From: Octopus sinensis
Lineage: Eukaryota
Reading direction: 5' to 3'
Assembly (NCBI RefSeq): GCF_006345805.1
Contig: NC_042999.1
Span: forward strand, 170,748,001-170,812,000
Length of the DNA: 64,000 nucleotides
The notes under the pieces are model-generated. The model had not been told where the DNA came from. It saw only the letters and a program-made list of their open reading frames with translations, and did no database searches. Of this stretch, positions 52,441-64,000 are shown piece after piece. Both the position numbers and the translations under genes were made by a program. Position 1 is the stretch's first letter. Each line of letters opens with the position of its first letter.

Positions 52441-52790
52441 TATAGCCTCAGGCGCACCAAACCTTGTGAGTAGATTTCGTATACGGAAACTGAAAGAAGA
52501 CTGTCATATATATAGGTCTATATTTGTGTGAGTGTGTGTGTATGTGTGTGTGCGTGTGTTTGTATGTGTGTGTGTGTGTTTGTGCGTGTGTTTGTATGTG
52601 TGTATCTCCACCATCGCTTGACAACCGATGTCGCTGTGTTTACGTCCCTGTAACTTGCCCATTTTGGCAAAACACACCGATAGAATAAGTATTGGACTTA
52701 CACAGGATAAATCCTGGCGTGGATTTTTCGACTACAGGTGGTGTACCATTATGGCCGCAGTCACATGACTGAAACAAGTAAAACAATAAA
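52441..52790 (+). mobile_element. SINE family B, 5'-truncated, with internal (GT)n
   Basis: tatagcctcagg...gtgagtagatttcgtatacggaaactgaaagaag-[microsatellite]-catcgcttgacaaccgatg...gactgaaacaagtaaaac. Confidence 0.85.
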
Positions 52791-53099
52791 AAATTATGCC
52801 ATTTTAATCCCGAGCAACGTCAGTTATCTCTGCTAGTGTTGAATAATTATAGTATATGACCTTTAGTGAGTTAAAGGAAAAATATAACGGCTATTCAAAT
52901 TATTTAGTTTAAATTCAAAATTTCACGCGCGATTTTGTATTATATAATTGTTTTAAGATGTCCTGAAAATCTCCGAGCAGAATATCGTGAATTTTTTTCA
53001 GCTTATATTAAAAAATATATTATTAGGCACTCAAGAATTCCGATTTTCACTATTTTCCGTGAAATATTGCAGTTGCTGAAATTAACTTTAAAGAAGACT

Positions 53100-53301
53100 C
53101 TCTCTCTTTTACTCTTTACTCTTTTACTTGTTTCAGTCAGTTGACTGTGGCCATGCTGGAGCACCGCTTTTAGTCGAGCAAATCGACCCCAGGACTTATT
53201 CTTTGTAAGCCTAGTACTTATTCTATCGGTCGCTTTTGCCGAACCGCTAAGTTACGGGGACGTAAACACACCAGCATCAGTTGTCAAGCGATGTTGGGGG
53301 A

Positions 53302-53359
<58 letters not shown>

Positions 53360-53522
53360 CAACAGGCTTCTTTCAGTTTCCGTCTACCAAATCCACTCAC
53401 AAAGCTTTTGTCGGCCCGAGGCTATAGTAAAAGACACTTGCCCAAAGTGCCACGCAGTGGGAATGAACCTGGAACCATGTCGTTGGTAAGCAAGCTTCTT
53501 ACGACACAGCCACTCCAGCGCC
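53100..53522 (-). mobile_element. SINE family B, essentially full length, with internal (CA)n(TA)n
   Basis: Reverse-complement head ggcgctggagtggctgtgtcgtaagaagcttgc...ggttcattcccactgcgtggcactttgggcaagtgtc; tail gtgctccagcatggccacagtcaactgactgaaacaagtaaaagagtaaagag. Confidence 0.9.
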
Positions 53523-53844
53523 AAAAACAATGTTTTATTTTACTTACTGGTTGGATATTAGGGTACATATTCAGCCGCATGTCTTGAAAAGGGAATGATG
53601 GCAACCGCTGCAAAGAAGAAAGTTAGAAACTGAATAGACATGTCAAATCTCTTATTTCAAATTCCGGCATCAGTCACAATTGGTGGAATTATTGTAGTTT
53701 TGAAACAATCTCTATGACCATAGTTCGAAACCTGTTTTGCCACATTCAAAGATTTTCAAGGTTATCTAGCTCTCCCTGTCTCATCCCGCTTGACTGAAAG
53801 CACAGAAATAAACACACATGTATGTATATAGATATAGTTTCCTT

Positions 53845-54045
53845 CTCTGTTTTACTCATTTCAGCAATTAGACTGTAGTGATGATACATCACCGCCTTGA
53901 TGTGTTTAGTCGAACAAATCGACCCCACTACTTTACTAAGGTCAGGTACTTGTTATATCGGTCTCTTTAGCCGAGCGGCTAATTGATGGGGCCGTAAACA
54001 AAGCAACACTTGTTGTCAAGCGGTGATGGGGTACAAAGACAAAGA
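53845..54045 (-). mobile_element. SINE family B, 3' half
   Basis: tttagtcgaacaaatcgacccc...gttgtcaagcggtgatgggg. Confidence 0.75.
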
Positions 54046-54554
54046 TATAGTCAGTCACACACACGCATGTACGCACACACGCACACATACATAAACCGGT
54101 TCTAGATAAAATTAGCTTAGTATGATCATTAAAAATAAATATAAATAATAAATATAGTTTGGTTCTTTTTAGTATTCGAGAACATGGCTGTGAGGAGGTT
54201 CTTCTTTGGATTTCAGTTCCTTTCGTAAAAACCTGTCATCAGAAAAGAAATCAGATTACTTAGTCTTAATTTTAAAATGGCAGGTCTTCCCGCGCATTCA
54301 TTTTATAAAGGAACTAATTTTATGGATTAGCAGCTTAGTCTATTCATCCCGACGAGGGATAGGAACATCGTTCAGCGACGTATCAATATGTAGTTTTTCC
54401 ATCATTGTGAGTGAGCTACTTAATTGCTCGGTAGATTAATGAGTAGAGAAGAATAAATTTATAGTGCAATATATATATATATATATATATAAATATAAGA
54501 GGGAAATTTTTTAACCACTATGTGGAAACTATATATATATATATATATATATAC

Positions 54555-54710
54555 ACGACGGGCTTCTTTCAGTTTCCGTCTACCAAATCCACTCACAAGT
54601 CTTTGGTTGGCCCGACGTTATAGTAGAAGACACTCGCCCAAGGTGCTACGCAGTGGGACTCTACTCCGAACTATGTGGTTGGGAAGCAAGCTTCTTACTA
54701 CACAGCCACA
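54555..54710 (-). mobile_element. SINE family B, 5' half
   Basis: gacgggcttctttcagtttccgtctaccaaatccactcacaag...cccaaggtgctacgcagtgggac...cacacagccac. Confidence 0.85.
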
Positions 54711-55254
54711 TAAAATTATGTGGCCACCACAGAAAGCTCCTCTAGTGGAACTGGAAGAGTAAGTCAACTGATCTCCTTTGTAATGACAAGTTATGAAAAG
54801 AATCTAAATCTTGAAGAATCTCTCTTCACAACCATCATCTTGAAGACTCTGAAAACGACAAAATATATTTATTGTTTATATTTAGTTCTAATGACCATAC
54901 AAGTCAATTCTATCTAGTACCCTTTTTCTATACATCGTATATATGAAGGAAAATATTGTATGTATATGTAGATTTGAAGTATTAGTGGAATCATAATGTT
55001 ATGGTGATCTGATGAGCTGGTCTTCTTAATCAGCATTGATTTATAAATGGGTAGTATTCATACTGGTGCAGACATGTAAAATAATTTATTATATACTGAA
55101 CTTATTACACGCTGAATGTTGCGAAACGGTCGTAGCCCTCAGTATAAAAAGTAGCTAAATAAATATATTCACCTCTCATACCGCCTGATATTCTACAGTT
55201 TACATACATATCCCCCCCCCCACCACACATATGTACACATTATGCAGATGAAAA

Positions 55255-55400
55255 CTTTTTTTCAGTTTCCGTCTACCAATCCCACTCATAGGCCTTTTGT
55301 TGGTTCCGGTCTGTTGTAGACGACACTTGCGTAGATTATCACGTGGGACAGTACAAAACCATATGGTTGGGAAGTAAACGTCGTATCAAACAACCTCATC
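55255..55400 (-). mobile_element. SINE family B, diverged 5' half
   Basis: ttcagtttccgtctaccaatcccactca...accatatggttgggaag. Confidence 0.65.
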
Positions 55401-57499
55401 TGCCCTATCCATACTGTATAATATATAAATATATATATCGAAGTACTATGATTTTATAATTAAAAATGCCTTGTTAGTTGGTATTTCGGATGTTGAGTGC
55501 TATTTATCATAGCGTAGTGGACGATAACATATTACTGCGTATTATGCTCAAGATATGCGCTAATCACCGAATATAAAATGTTAGAAGATGGTGTTGATGA
55601 CATGAGCTTTGTAGATTTCCTGCAGCCAGATTTCAAACAATCCTGTAAAATTAACTTTCACGAAAGTTTTGAAAATCTTGCTTATTACTTATGAAGAGTT
55701 TACTCTGAAATAGATCTCTTAATCTTACTAACCGAAAAATAATCCTACCAAAGGCAAATTTAAAGGAAGTAACCACATCAATTTGTGGTTAAGATCAAAT
55801 ACTACAAGCATTGTTCTATATTCATTATCTTGAGTCTATGTAATTATTTTCTTGTGGGACATACCTTCAAATATACAGTTTATATCGTTAAGTTTATAAC
55901 AGGCTTTAAAGTTAGCAGATTTTCAATATAAACCTATTTGAGTTATCTTACACAGTATTTAGTTTTGAAGCAACAGATATCGAGATTCATTGTAATTCTC
56001 AGTAATTTTATTTCATTCTTATTACTATCTCCATTAATTCAGTCCTTACAATTCTCCTTTATTTCATTGTCGTCTTTCTTACACTTTTACTTTGCCTGTT
56101 TCTTCGATCTAGTTTAATCTGCATAGTTATCAAACTAAACGATGCTTTCTGATTTTCATATAAATCTTGACATAACACACGGAAATATATTGTTAATAAG
56201 AGGTTACTCTTATCAGTATATCTTGTAGTAATTCTAACAACCAGTGGCATTCCTTATGAGCTTTCTAGCATCTTATTTGCATCTTTATGCTTCCTTCTTA
56301 AATGTATTTAGATTACCAGAATTCAAATATAACATGTCATATGCGACGAAATGACGCAAACAGCACAGCAGCATAAGAAGTACAATAGCTTTCAAACCTA
56401 CATGCCCTACGTTCATATTCAACCAGTGTAAAATTAGATTTATAGCATTTTCTTGTTGATAAATTAAGTATCCGTTTCACATAACTGGCTCTTTGAAAAT
56501 TTCTATTTGCATACGATTGCACATGAATTAAAGAGATTATCATCAAGTACGGTCATACGCAAGATGTAATATTTGTTGTCATGGAGCCACTGATTGTTGT
56601 GTTACTTAAGTGAACACTAACTAGTGAGGACTCTATGATTTGAATATTTTCCCCATCATTGCTCTGTGCACGATATGCTCAATAAGCTATAAGCTTCAGA
56701 TACTGTAATAATCTATTACTCATTACTTTAAAGATGATGAGTGCCTCACATCTTCACCTTTCAATCTTCTTAAAACTTCTACCCTTACTAAATTTGAATT
56801 ATATCACTGCAGGCGTAGATGGAAATAGGAAACTCAGAGAAAGATTTTGTAATTTAATACGTCGTGGAAATATACGTAAAAATGTTACTGGAAGTATTTT
56901 AACTAACAGTTTTAACGATTCTTCAAAAATATTCCGTCAAGAGTATAATAACAGCAAAACTTCCTATCACTGGTGATGCACAGAATCTATGGCATAAGCC
57001 TTCTTTCTGCTCCGAATGCCCTACGTCACGATAACATATTCCTCATTGAGGCTTGCAGTTACAGACAATGAACTTGTGTCTTTTTTCAGTTTTTCATCTG
57101 TATTTATGAATGGTTTACAGAGAGTAACATTATTAATATTGCAAAGTATGATAAAATATGAAGTCAAGCTAGGTGTTCAATTTATACATTATTTTATATT
57201 GATTAATTTTTATGTACAAAGTTCAAACAATTCATTTTTAATCTTAATTTGTTATTCAACTTTAATTAAATCAACTTCTTAAACTTTAAACTCTGCAAAA
57301 TGCTTATACACTTGTTTCAATTTTCGGGTCAAATGTGGTCCTCAAAATCATGTACCAGCATAATACTGAGGTTGCCTATCACCCACAGACCTTTTAACCA
57401 AATCAAATAAATCAACATTGAACTACTACTGAGAAATACAATGTAAAATAATATCAGGTGATAAAAAATATACTGAAAATTAAACATAAAATAACTTTA

Positions 57500-58033
57500 A
57501 AAATAACTTCGAACAACATGTAGCGAGCACTGACGATAAAATGAATAATAATAAGCACTGTAAGAGCTACAGTGACAATACAATACAAATAAAAGCAACT
57601 GCAACAAAGCAATGTAAACAAAATGGTAACGTTATTGAATGAAGAAAGTTAAATATCACGAAGAAGAAAAACTATATGTGCTAGACAAAAATTTCAACAG
57701 AGAATGAAAACGTTGAAACCAACAACAAAATCAATAATAGATGAAAACAATATAAACAACATTTACGCCAAAACATATATATACCAGCAGCGCAACAACC
57801 ATCATCATCATCAAAACAACAATATCAATATGATCATTACCAGCATCACAAAGAACACAAGAATAACAACAATAAACACGTCTATAGCATAGAGAAATAA
57901 ACAGACAAATACAACACAGCTAGTAAGACGTCAGTACTACAAACAGTACCACTTCTGACACTAAAATATCTTCGACAACTGTGACAACATTGCAAGTAAA
58001 CATACATATATGAAAAACCAGCACGCCACTACA

Positions 58034-58110
<77 letters not shown>

Positions 58111-58790
58111 TACCATCAACTGTACCTCCACCATGAATGATGGAAATAACAGCATTATCAGCAACAACAACAACGACAACCATAATACAAGTATGGCAAC
58201 AGTGTGTGGTGGTATTGAATCACAGGAGAAAGACACGAGTCTTATTTTAAAATAAAACAGAAACACGACTTGAAATATAAAGAAAAAATATCAAAGCCGA
58301 AAAATTAACAATGGTGAGAAGAAAATACAGAAAAGATCGAGAGAAAAATGACAATGACAATAGTTATAAAACCGACAGGAACAATAACAGCATCTGAAAC
58401 AACGGTAACGACAGCAAAAACAGCAACAAAATACCCATAAGAATAGTGACAACAAAAACAATACGTTATAAAAGCACCGGCGGCAATAACAATGAAAACA
58501 GGGAAACATTATCAAGGAGTGAAATATAATAAAATGAAAACAAGAAACAAAGATAAGAAAAAACAAATATAGCCGCCACAATAAAGAATAAATGAACAAT
58601 GTAAATAACAACAAAAAAAATATCAATAAAAAATACAACAATGCTGATAATATTAAATGAATATAGCGATGTATTATTAAATAAAAATGGCACATAAAAG
58701 TGAAGAAAAATTTCAGTCATAACAATCACAGTGATATAAATAAATGACAACAGGACTTCACGACAACGATTACAACTACAACAACAGCAA
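57500..58790. repeat. A/C-rich low-complexity tract with embedded (TAA)n
   Basis: Degenerate (AAC)n/(AAT)n; source of hydrophobic minus-strand ORF artefacts. Confidence 0.75.
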
Positions 58791-59049
58791 CTATGATAAT
58801 AGTAGTAATGGTTTAAAATTTAGACAGAGGTCAGCAATTTTAAAAGAAAGGGGACAGTCAATATCATCGACTTTGGTATAAACTAGTACTTTAATCGATA
58901 AAGGTAAAGTGTATCTTGGCAAAATATGAACAAAAAATAAAAAGAAAAAAACAGAAAGCGCTCTATATACGGTTAGATATCGTATTTGTCGTTCTAGAAA
59001 TTCCGCCATTTTACTGACCTTTGTAATAGTGGTTTCCAATTTTCACAGT

Positions 59050-59252
59050 GGGCCAGTAATATTGGAGGGAACGGGTGGTGGGAGGGAGACGATTATATCG
59101 GTCCTAGGATCAGAATGATGCTACTTTTATCGACTCCAATTTTATGAAAGGCAAAGTCGACCTCAGCGAAATTTGAGGTCAGAACGTATGGACGGGCGAA
59201 TTGCCGTGAAGCATTTTGTCCGGCGTTCTAAGGCTACTACCAGCTTGCCGCC
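59050..59252 (-). mobile_element. SINE family A, diverged
   Basis: atgaaaggcaaagtcgacctcagcgaaatttga...aagcattttgtccggcg...ccagcttgccgcc. Confidence 0.75.
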
Positions 59253-59254
59253 TG

Positions 59255-59311
<57 letters not shown>

Positions 59312-59342
59312 GCTGCTACTTATCCTCCTCCTCCTCCTTCTC

Positions 59343-59377
<35 letters not shown>
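59255..59377. repeat. (CTA)n microsatellite
   Basis: Directly visible. Confidence 0.95.
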
Positions 59378-59378
<1 letters not shown>

Positions 59379-59559
59379 AAAGTAATATTAATAATAATAA
59401 CAGTAATAATAATAAAAAATTTGGCAGAAAACTCGTAAATTTAGCGAGGAAGGGGCGAGTAGATTACGTCGATCCCCAGTGCTCAATTGTAATATGTTTA
59501 ATCTATTCAGAATTGATGATAGGGAGATAATAATAATGACAATAATAATAATAGTTAAT

Positions 59560-59990
59560 AAAGAACGACCAATAGAAGAGTTTAGGGGATTTTAATTTCC
59601 AGACTGATCAAAAAATACAAGCTAGATGATCAGATATGGTTTTTGACAAAGGGAAAAACGAGAGTACACCATCATAGATTTGGTTATATCTACAGACATT
59701 AATGTAGGGGTAAAAGAACAAGAGAAAATAGGATTTACCTAGGGAAATACGAAGACAGTGGGGGGTTTCTATAAAAATATTCCCAGTTTTTATAGGTGCC
59801 CAATGTACCATCACCAACAGATTTAACACTTCCCTTATTGAAATCGGTGTAACTACAAGAGTTGCGTTAATTCAGAAATCTCCTCTATTGTGGATAGTAA
59901 GAATTGTTAGAAAATGCCTCAGTATCTGAGAAATTGTAAACCGGTATCAAGGACATAGACTCCGGTGCGATGACTTTATTAAACACCTCG
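59560..59990 (+). mobile_element. Decayed R4/Dong-like REL endonuclease C-terminus
   Basis: DFNFQTDQKIQAR*SDMV, IIDLVISTDINVGVKEQEKI, PVFIGA and IQKSPLL..VRIVRKCL: a PD-(D/E)xK REL layout, directly after a TAA-rich run. Confidence 0.75.
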
Positions 59991-61240
59991 TTTTAGTTTT
60001 CTCTATCGCTACTTATGTACTGACCCTAATTGATTCGTGTTTAATCGCGCTTTTTAAGAAAAACCATCATTTGTTATACCGATTGCCCCGTTAAACAGTT
60101 CACGTGTACGTCCAAGATACAGTTCTAATATCTCTCTAGCACTTAAGGGCTGGCTTAGACTTTTTGGGATACAGACGATTACTATTCTGAATATATAATC
60201 TTAGTTACTGGACACGTCTAGCACTACTAACTTACCTTCTGGTCGATATTGTAGAATCCAGATAATTTCCTAGATAATACAAGAGCTGCACATCCCAAAC
60301 CGGTCGACTTGAAAATGCACACACCTTACAGCCAAAACCTTGTTTCACTGATTGTCATCAAATATATATCTAGTGACCTTCAATCATTGAACAGATGGCT
60401 GTGCTTCATTGGTGACTTCAGGCCAATATCTACACAATGCACTCAACTTTAAGTCTGGCTATGTTAGACAGAAAGAGGTAAGTGAGAATTACCCACTTAT
60501 CTTATTCTTGTGGAAAGAAAGTTGTTAAGTTCTTCCTGTTTGTGTGTGGTTCCAAATTCTTTTGTTTATGATGCGTCGGAAGAATACGAGAACGCAGAAC
60601 GCCGATTACACTTGATGTGAATAGAGTACTAAATTACTGCACCAAACTATATAAATTAATAGCGACAAATTAAATGGAATTTACTGGGGAAAATGCTGAC
60701 GGATGTAATATGATGATTTGCTATGTAAAATTTATTTATCTTTAACATACATAATTAGTTTACTGCCAAATTTTGTACTTGCTTGTGATCGTATGCCATG
60801 TGTACTGAAAAGAATTATATCAGTGTCAGATAAATATAAGCCACCCATCTTACAAAATGACAGACAATTCTAATAAAAGATGACACATGCATCTTATTGT
60901 GTAAAACGAAACGCGAACTTTCAACTGAGTGTAGAAAAACTGGAATGTGTAACATTCAGCAATGACAGAAGATAGATGACACTTTTACAGACGATACTGT
61001 AATAATTCAGAAAAAGTTGTTGGAAGCAAAAATGATTATGATTAGGAGGATGAGAATGGTGGGGATAGCGATACTGATGACGATGCTGATAATAACTGAA
61101 AAACAATCATAATATTTTTTCTATTGATTACAAAAATCCATTAATGAAACAAAAATGGGTCATAGAAAGTGTTAGATACCTTGTGTGAATGCATATATAT
61201 ATATAATATATATATATACACATATACCTGTATATGTATA

Positions 61241-61304
<64 letters not shown>

Positions 61305-61318
61305 CCTGTATATGTATA

Positions 61319-61354
<36 letters not shown>

Positions 61355-61379
61355 ATATACATATACCTATATATGTATG

Positions 61380-61410
<31 letters not shown>

Positions 61411-64000
61411 ATACGTATATATATGAGTGTCTGTGCGTGCCTGTGTGTTTCTGTGTGCATATGGGTGTGTGCATGTGTGCGTGCGCGTGAATGTGTGAGT
61501 GAATGATTGCGTATGTATGATCATTAAATGATCATTAAATAGGAGTTCGGCAACAATAGTTAATAGTTAATATGCTAAAAGCGTTAAAAATCTACTGAAA
61601 TAAACAATGCTTACTCACCTACTATTACTTGAGAAGCCGCCATCTATTTAGAATCACGTCTCCACACAAATTTAACTATATTCCACTCGGATTACTTCTT
61701 GCAAGTAGGACTATTGAAAATTGACTGTGAGTTTCGCCGGTATTATCTAAACCACGTGGAGCCAATTTCCAAACGTTCCCTTCTACAGTTGTAAAACTGG
61801 TGGAGTCCAAGCCGACAATTGGCTTAATGTATTCTTCATTACCTCAACTCTAGGCTCATTGTTTTACTTTTTGCATTTTGTGTTTACGTTTATTGGTTTA
61901 GGTGTTTTTCACTTTTCTCTAGATTTTGGCAGCTTCCTATCAACATAAAATGATGGGGTGAAATTGTTGCTCTGACAGCTGTCCCGCCTCGTCTTGGGCA
62001 AAGAACTGGAAGAAGAGATGTCTTGGTTTTCAGTGCACTGGTTGCACTGGAAACATGAGTTTAGTTGAATTTGCTGCCACTCTGACTATTCTCGTACTAT
62101 AGACTGGTGGTTCAGAAGCAACAGCAGTAAATATGGTTTTAAATTTACGGTTTGCTGTTTGCTTTGTCATCTTTTCTTGTGGATTCATCGACCTGAAATA
62201 GCTATCACTACAATGAGCGTAGCGACTAGATCTTCTGTGTTGCACCACCGATCTAACTGACGTTTTTTCCTCTCCCTCTATTTTAGTTTCCAGTTGTCAA
62301 CTCTTGATGGAATATCGGCGATATAACTTCATAAATATAATTAAAACTTTTGCTTTTGACTACACTTTAAAGGCATATATAATTCAAAGCGTTTGCATTG
62401 TAGTAATTCTGTATACACCAGTATTCGAAATGAGCACTAAACTAAGGAAACGCATCGATAATTACTGTTGAATCACTACTTAAGTGTTTGTGACATGTCA
62501 TCAAATTTTAAATATTAAGAGCTAAGCTTCTTGGGGCTGATATAGCAGATATCACTTTGTCATGAATTTACCGCAACGCTATTGCCATTGCGAGACTTTC
62601 CTGTACTCAGGCTGGTTGCTTCCCGGATAACCTTTGAATTGGCTGGTAGTAAATTTAATGGTGTAGCATTATTATAGGATAAACAACAATGAAATGTCCA
62701 GCAACATTCGTACCTCAACTATGTTTCTCCTTCGAATGAATGAATATAACGAGTTTTAGTGGAAATATTTAGACATAACACGGTATTGAATGAGTAAAGA
62801 GAAAATAACATGTACAGGATCATCATGATATCGGAGACATTCAACAAAATACACTACATTATTTATATTTTTTCAGTTTTCAACTATACTACAATATTCT
62901 GCACAATATTACACTGTGATAGAAGAATGAGTTTCAGAGACGAAAACGAAAAAAAAAAAAACAAAAACAAGCAAGTGTAACCACATATTTCTTAGTGACA
63001 GGCTTATAACATTACTCACTTGAATACCATGTTATCCAGCCAAAGAAAGAAATGTTCGCGATCGTTCGACATTGTTGGAATAATTTCAAAATCCCATCAT
63101 ATCAAAAGAGTAAGGACGTGTTATCAACGCAGTTGTAAATAAACAAAACAAAACAACTGGTGGGGATCGCTTTTGATCATAGGTCTGCTGAAGCGGAACT
63201 GAAGGGCTTGCTTGGGTCTAATGAAATTTGATCATACTTTTAGTGTGAATGTTTTTACAGAATTTATTCTGCTGCAAATATTCGTACCAGAACTCTCGTC
63301 TCCCTCTTCGTTTTTTCCTGCAGATATTGCCCTTCAAATATTCAGCATTCGCACTATAACCAGTTTGGCACCACGGGCACTGAATAAGTTATTTGAAACA
63401 ATCTCAATATTCCATTCAATAACAATGTTTGGACAACAATAATATGAAAATATAGAGGAAAGAAAATATAGTAATAACAGTAAGAAGATTATTGGATTAC
63501 TATTATAAAATGCTGCTGCTCAAAAACGTAAACATAAGCCGAAGCCATAGAGAAGACATAAAACAACATTAACAGCAATAACAGCTGCAGGGACTAGAGC
63601 AACAACAACAGAAAACTAGCAACTAAATCAATAAAAATCAATGCTAAATCAAACATGCGTCAACTGCAAGCACAGCAAGATGACGGATATATGCAGCAGT
63701 CACGTTAGTAGCAATGGTAAAAAGAAAACGATGAAACAATAACGATAATGAAAAAAAAGGCAAAAAGGAAAACATCAAGAAATGATTTTCTTATCATGGA
63801 TCGGCTTGGTTTAATATATCAACTAAATTTTCATATATCTCTCATTTTCTCTTGAAAATTGAGATTAGACATCTTTGTTTCTTTAATTTAACAGTTTACT
63901 CGACATGAGCTTCAGCTTGATATCCAATTTATTCTAGTGTATTTTAATAGCGAAAAATAAAAAAAAATAAAAATTTCAGTCATGGCCCTCTTGATTTATT

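Noticed and set aside
55004-55040. CTGATGA followed by a GCTG/CAGC stem
   Set aside because: The required GAAA after stem II is missing.

Overview
This is AT-rich eukaryotic genomic DNA saturated with microsatellites, with no bacterial features. The SINE families and the (TA)n/(CA)n/(TAA)n load suggest a cephalopod, probably Octopus; that is inferred from repeat content, not from a search. I could not identify any intact protein-coding gene, and nearly all ORF-track entries are microsatellite or antisense-transposon artefacts. DNA transposons: two decayed mariner elements, one Tc1 element with long IR/DR-type termini, and two MITE-like foldbacks. LINE remnants: CR1/L2-like, RTE, R4/Dong-like and Jockey/I-like. 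Other repeats: three tRNA-headed SINE families (called A, B and C here), Penelope-like terminal fragments, and a near-perfect 1.68 kb tandem duplication. The most notable observations are (1) hammerhead ribozyme cores in two distinct repeat families (49.6-49.8 kb; 21.2 and 35.9 kb), (2) a SINE with twin-priming-like 5' inversion geometry, (3) a LINE whose 3' end matches the SINE-B tail, (4) a 19-bp minisatellite derived from a LINE 3' end, and (5) a low-confidence chain of minus-strand exons. Repeat boundaries are approximate, usually within tens of bp.
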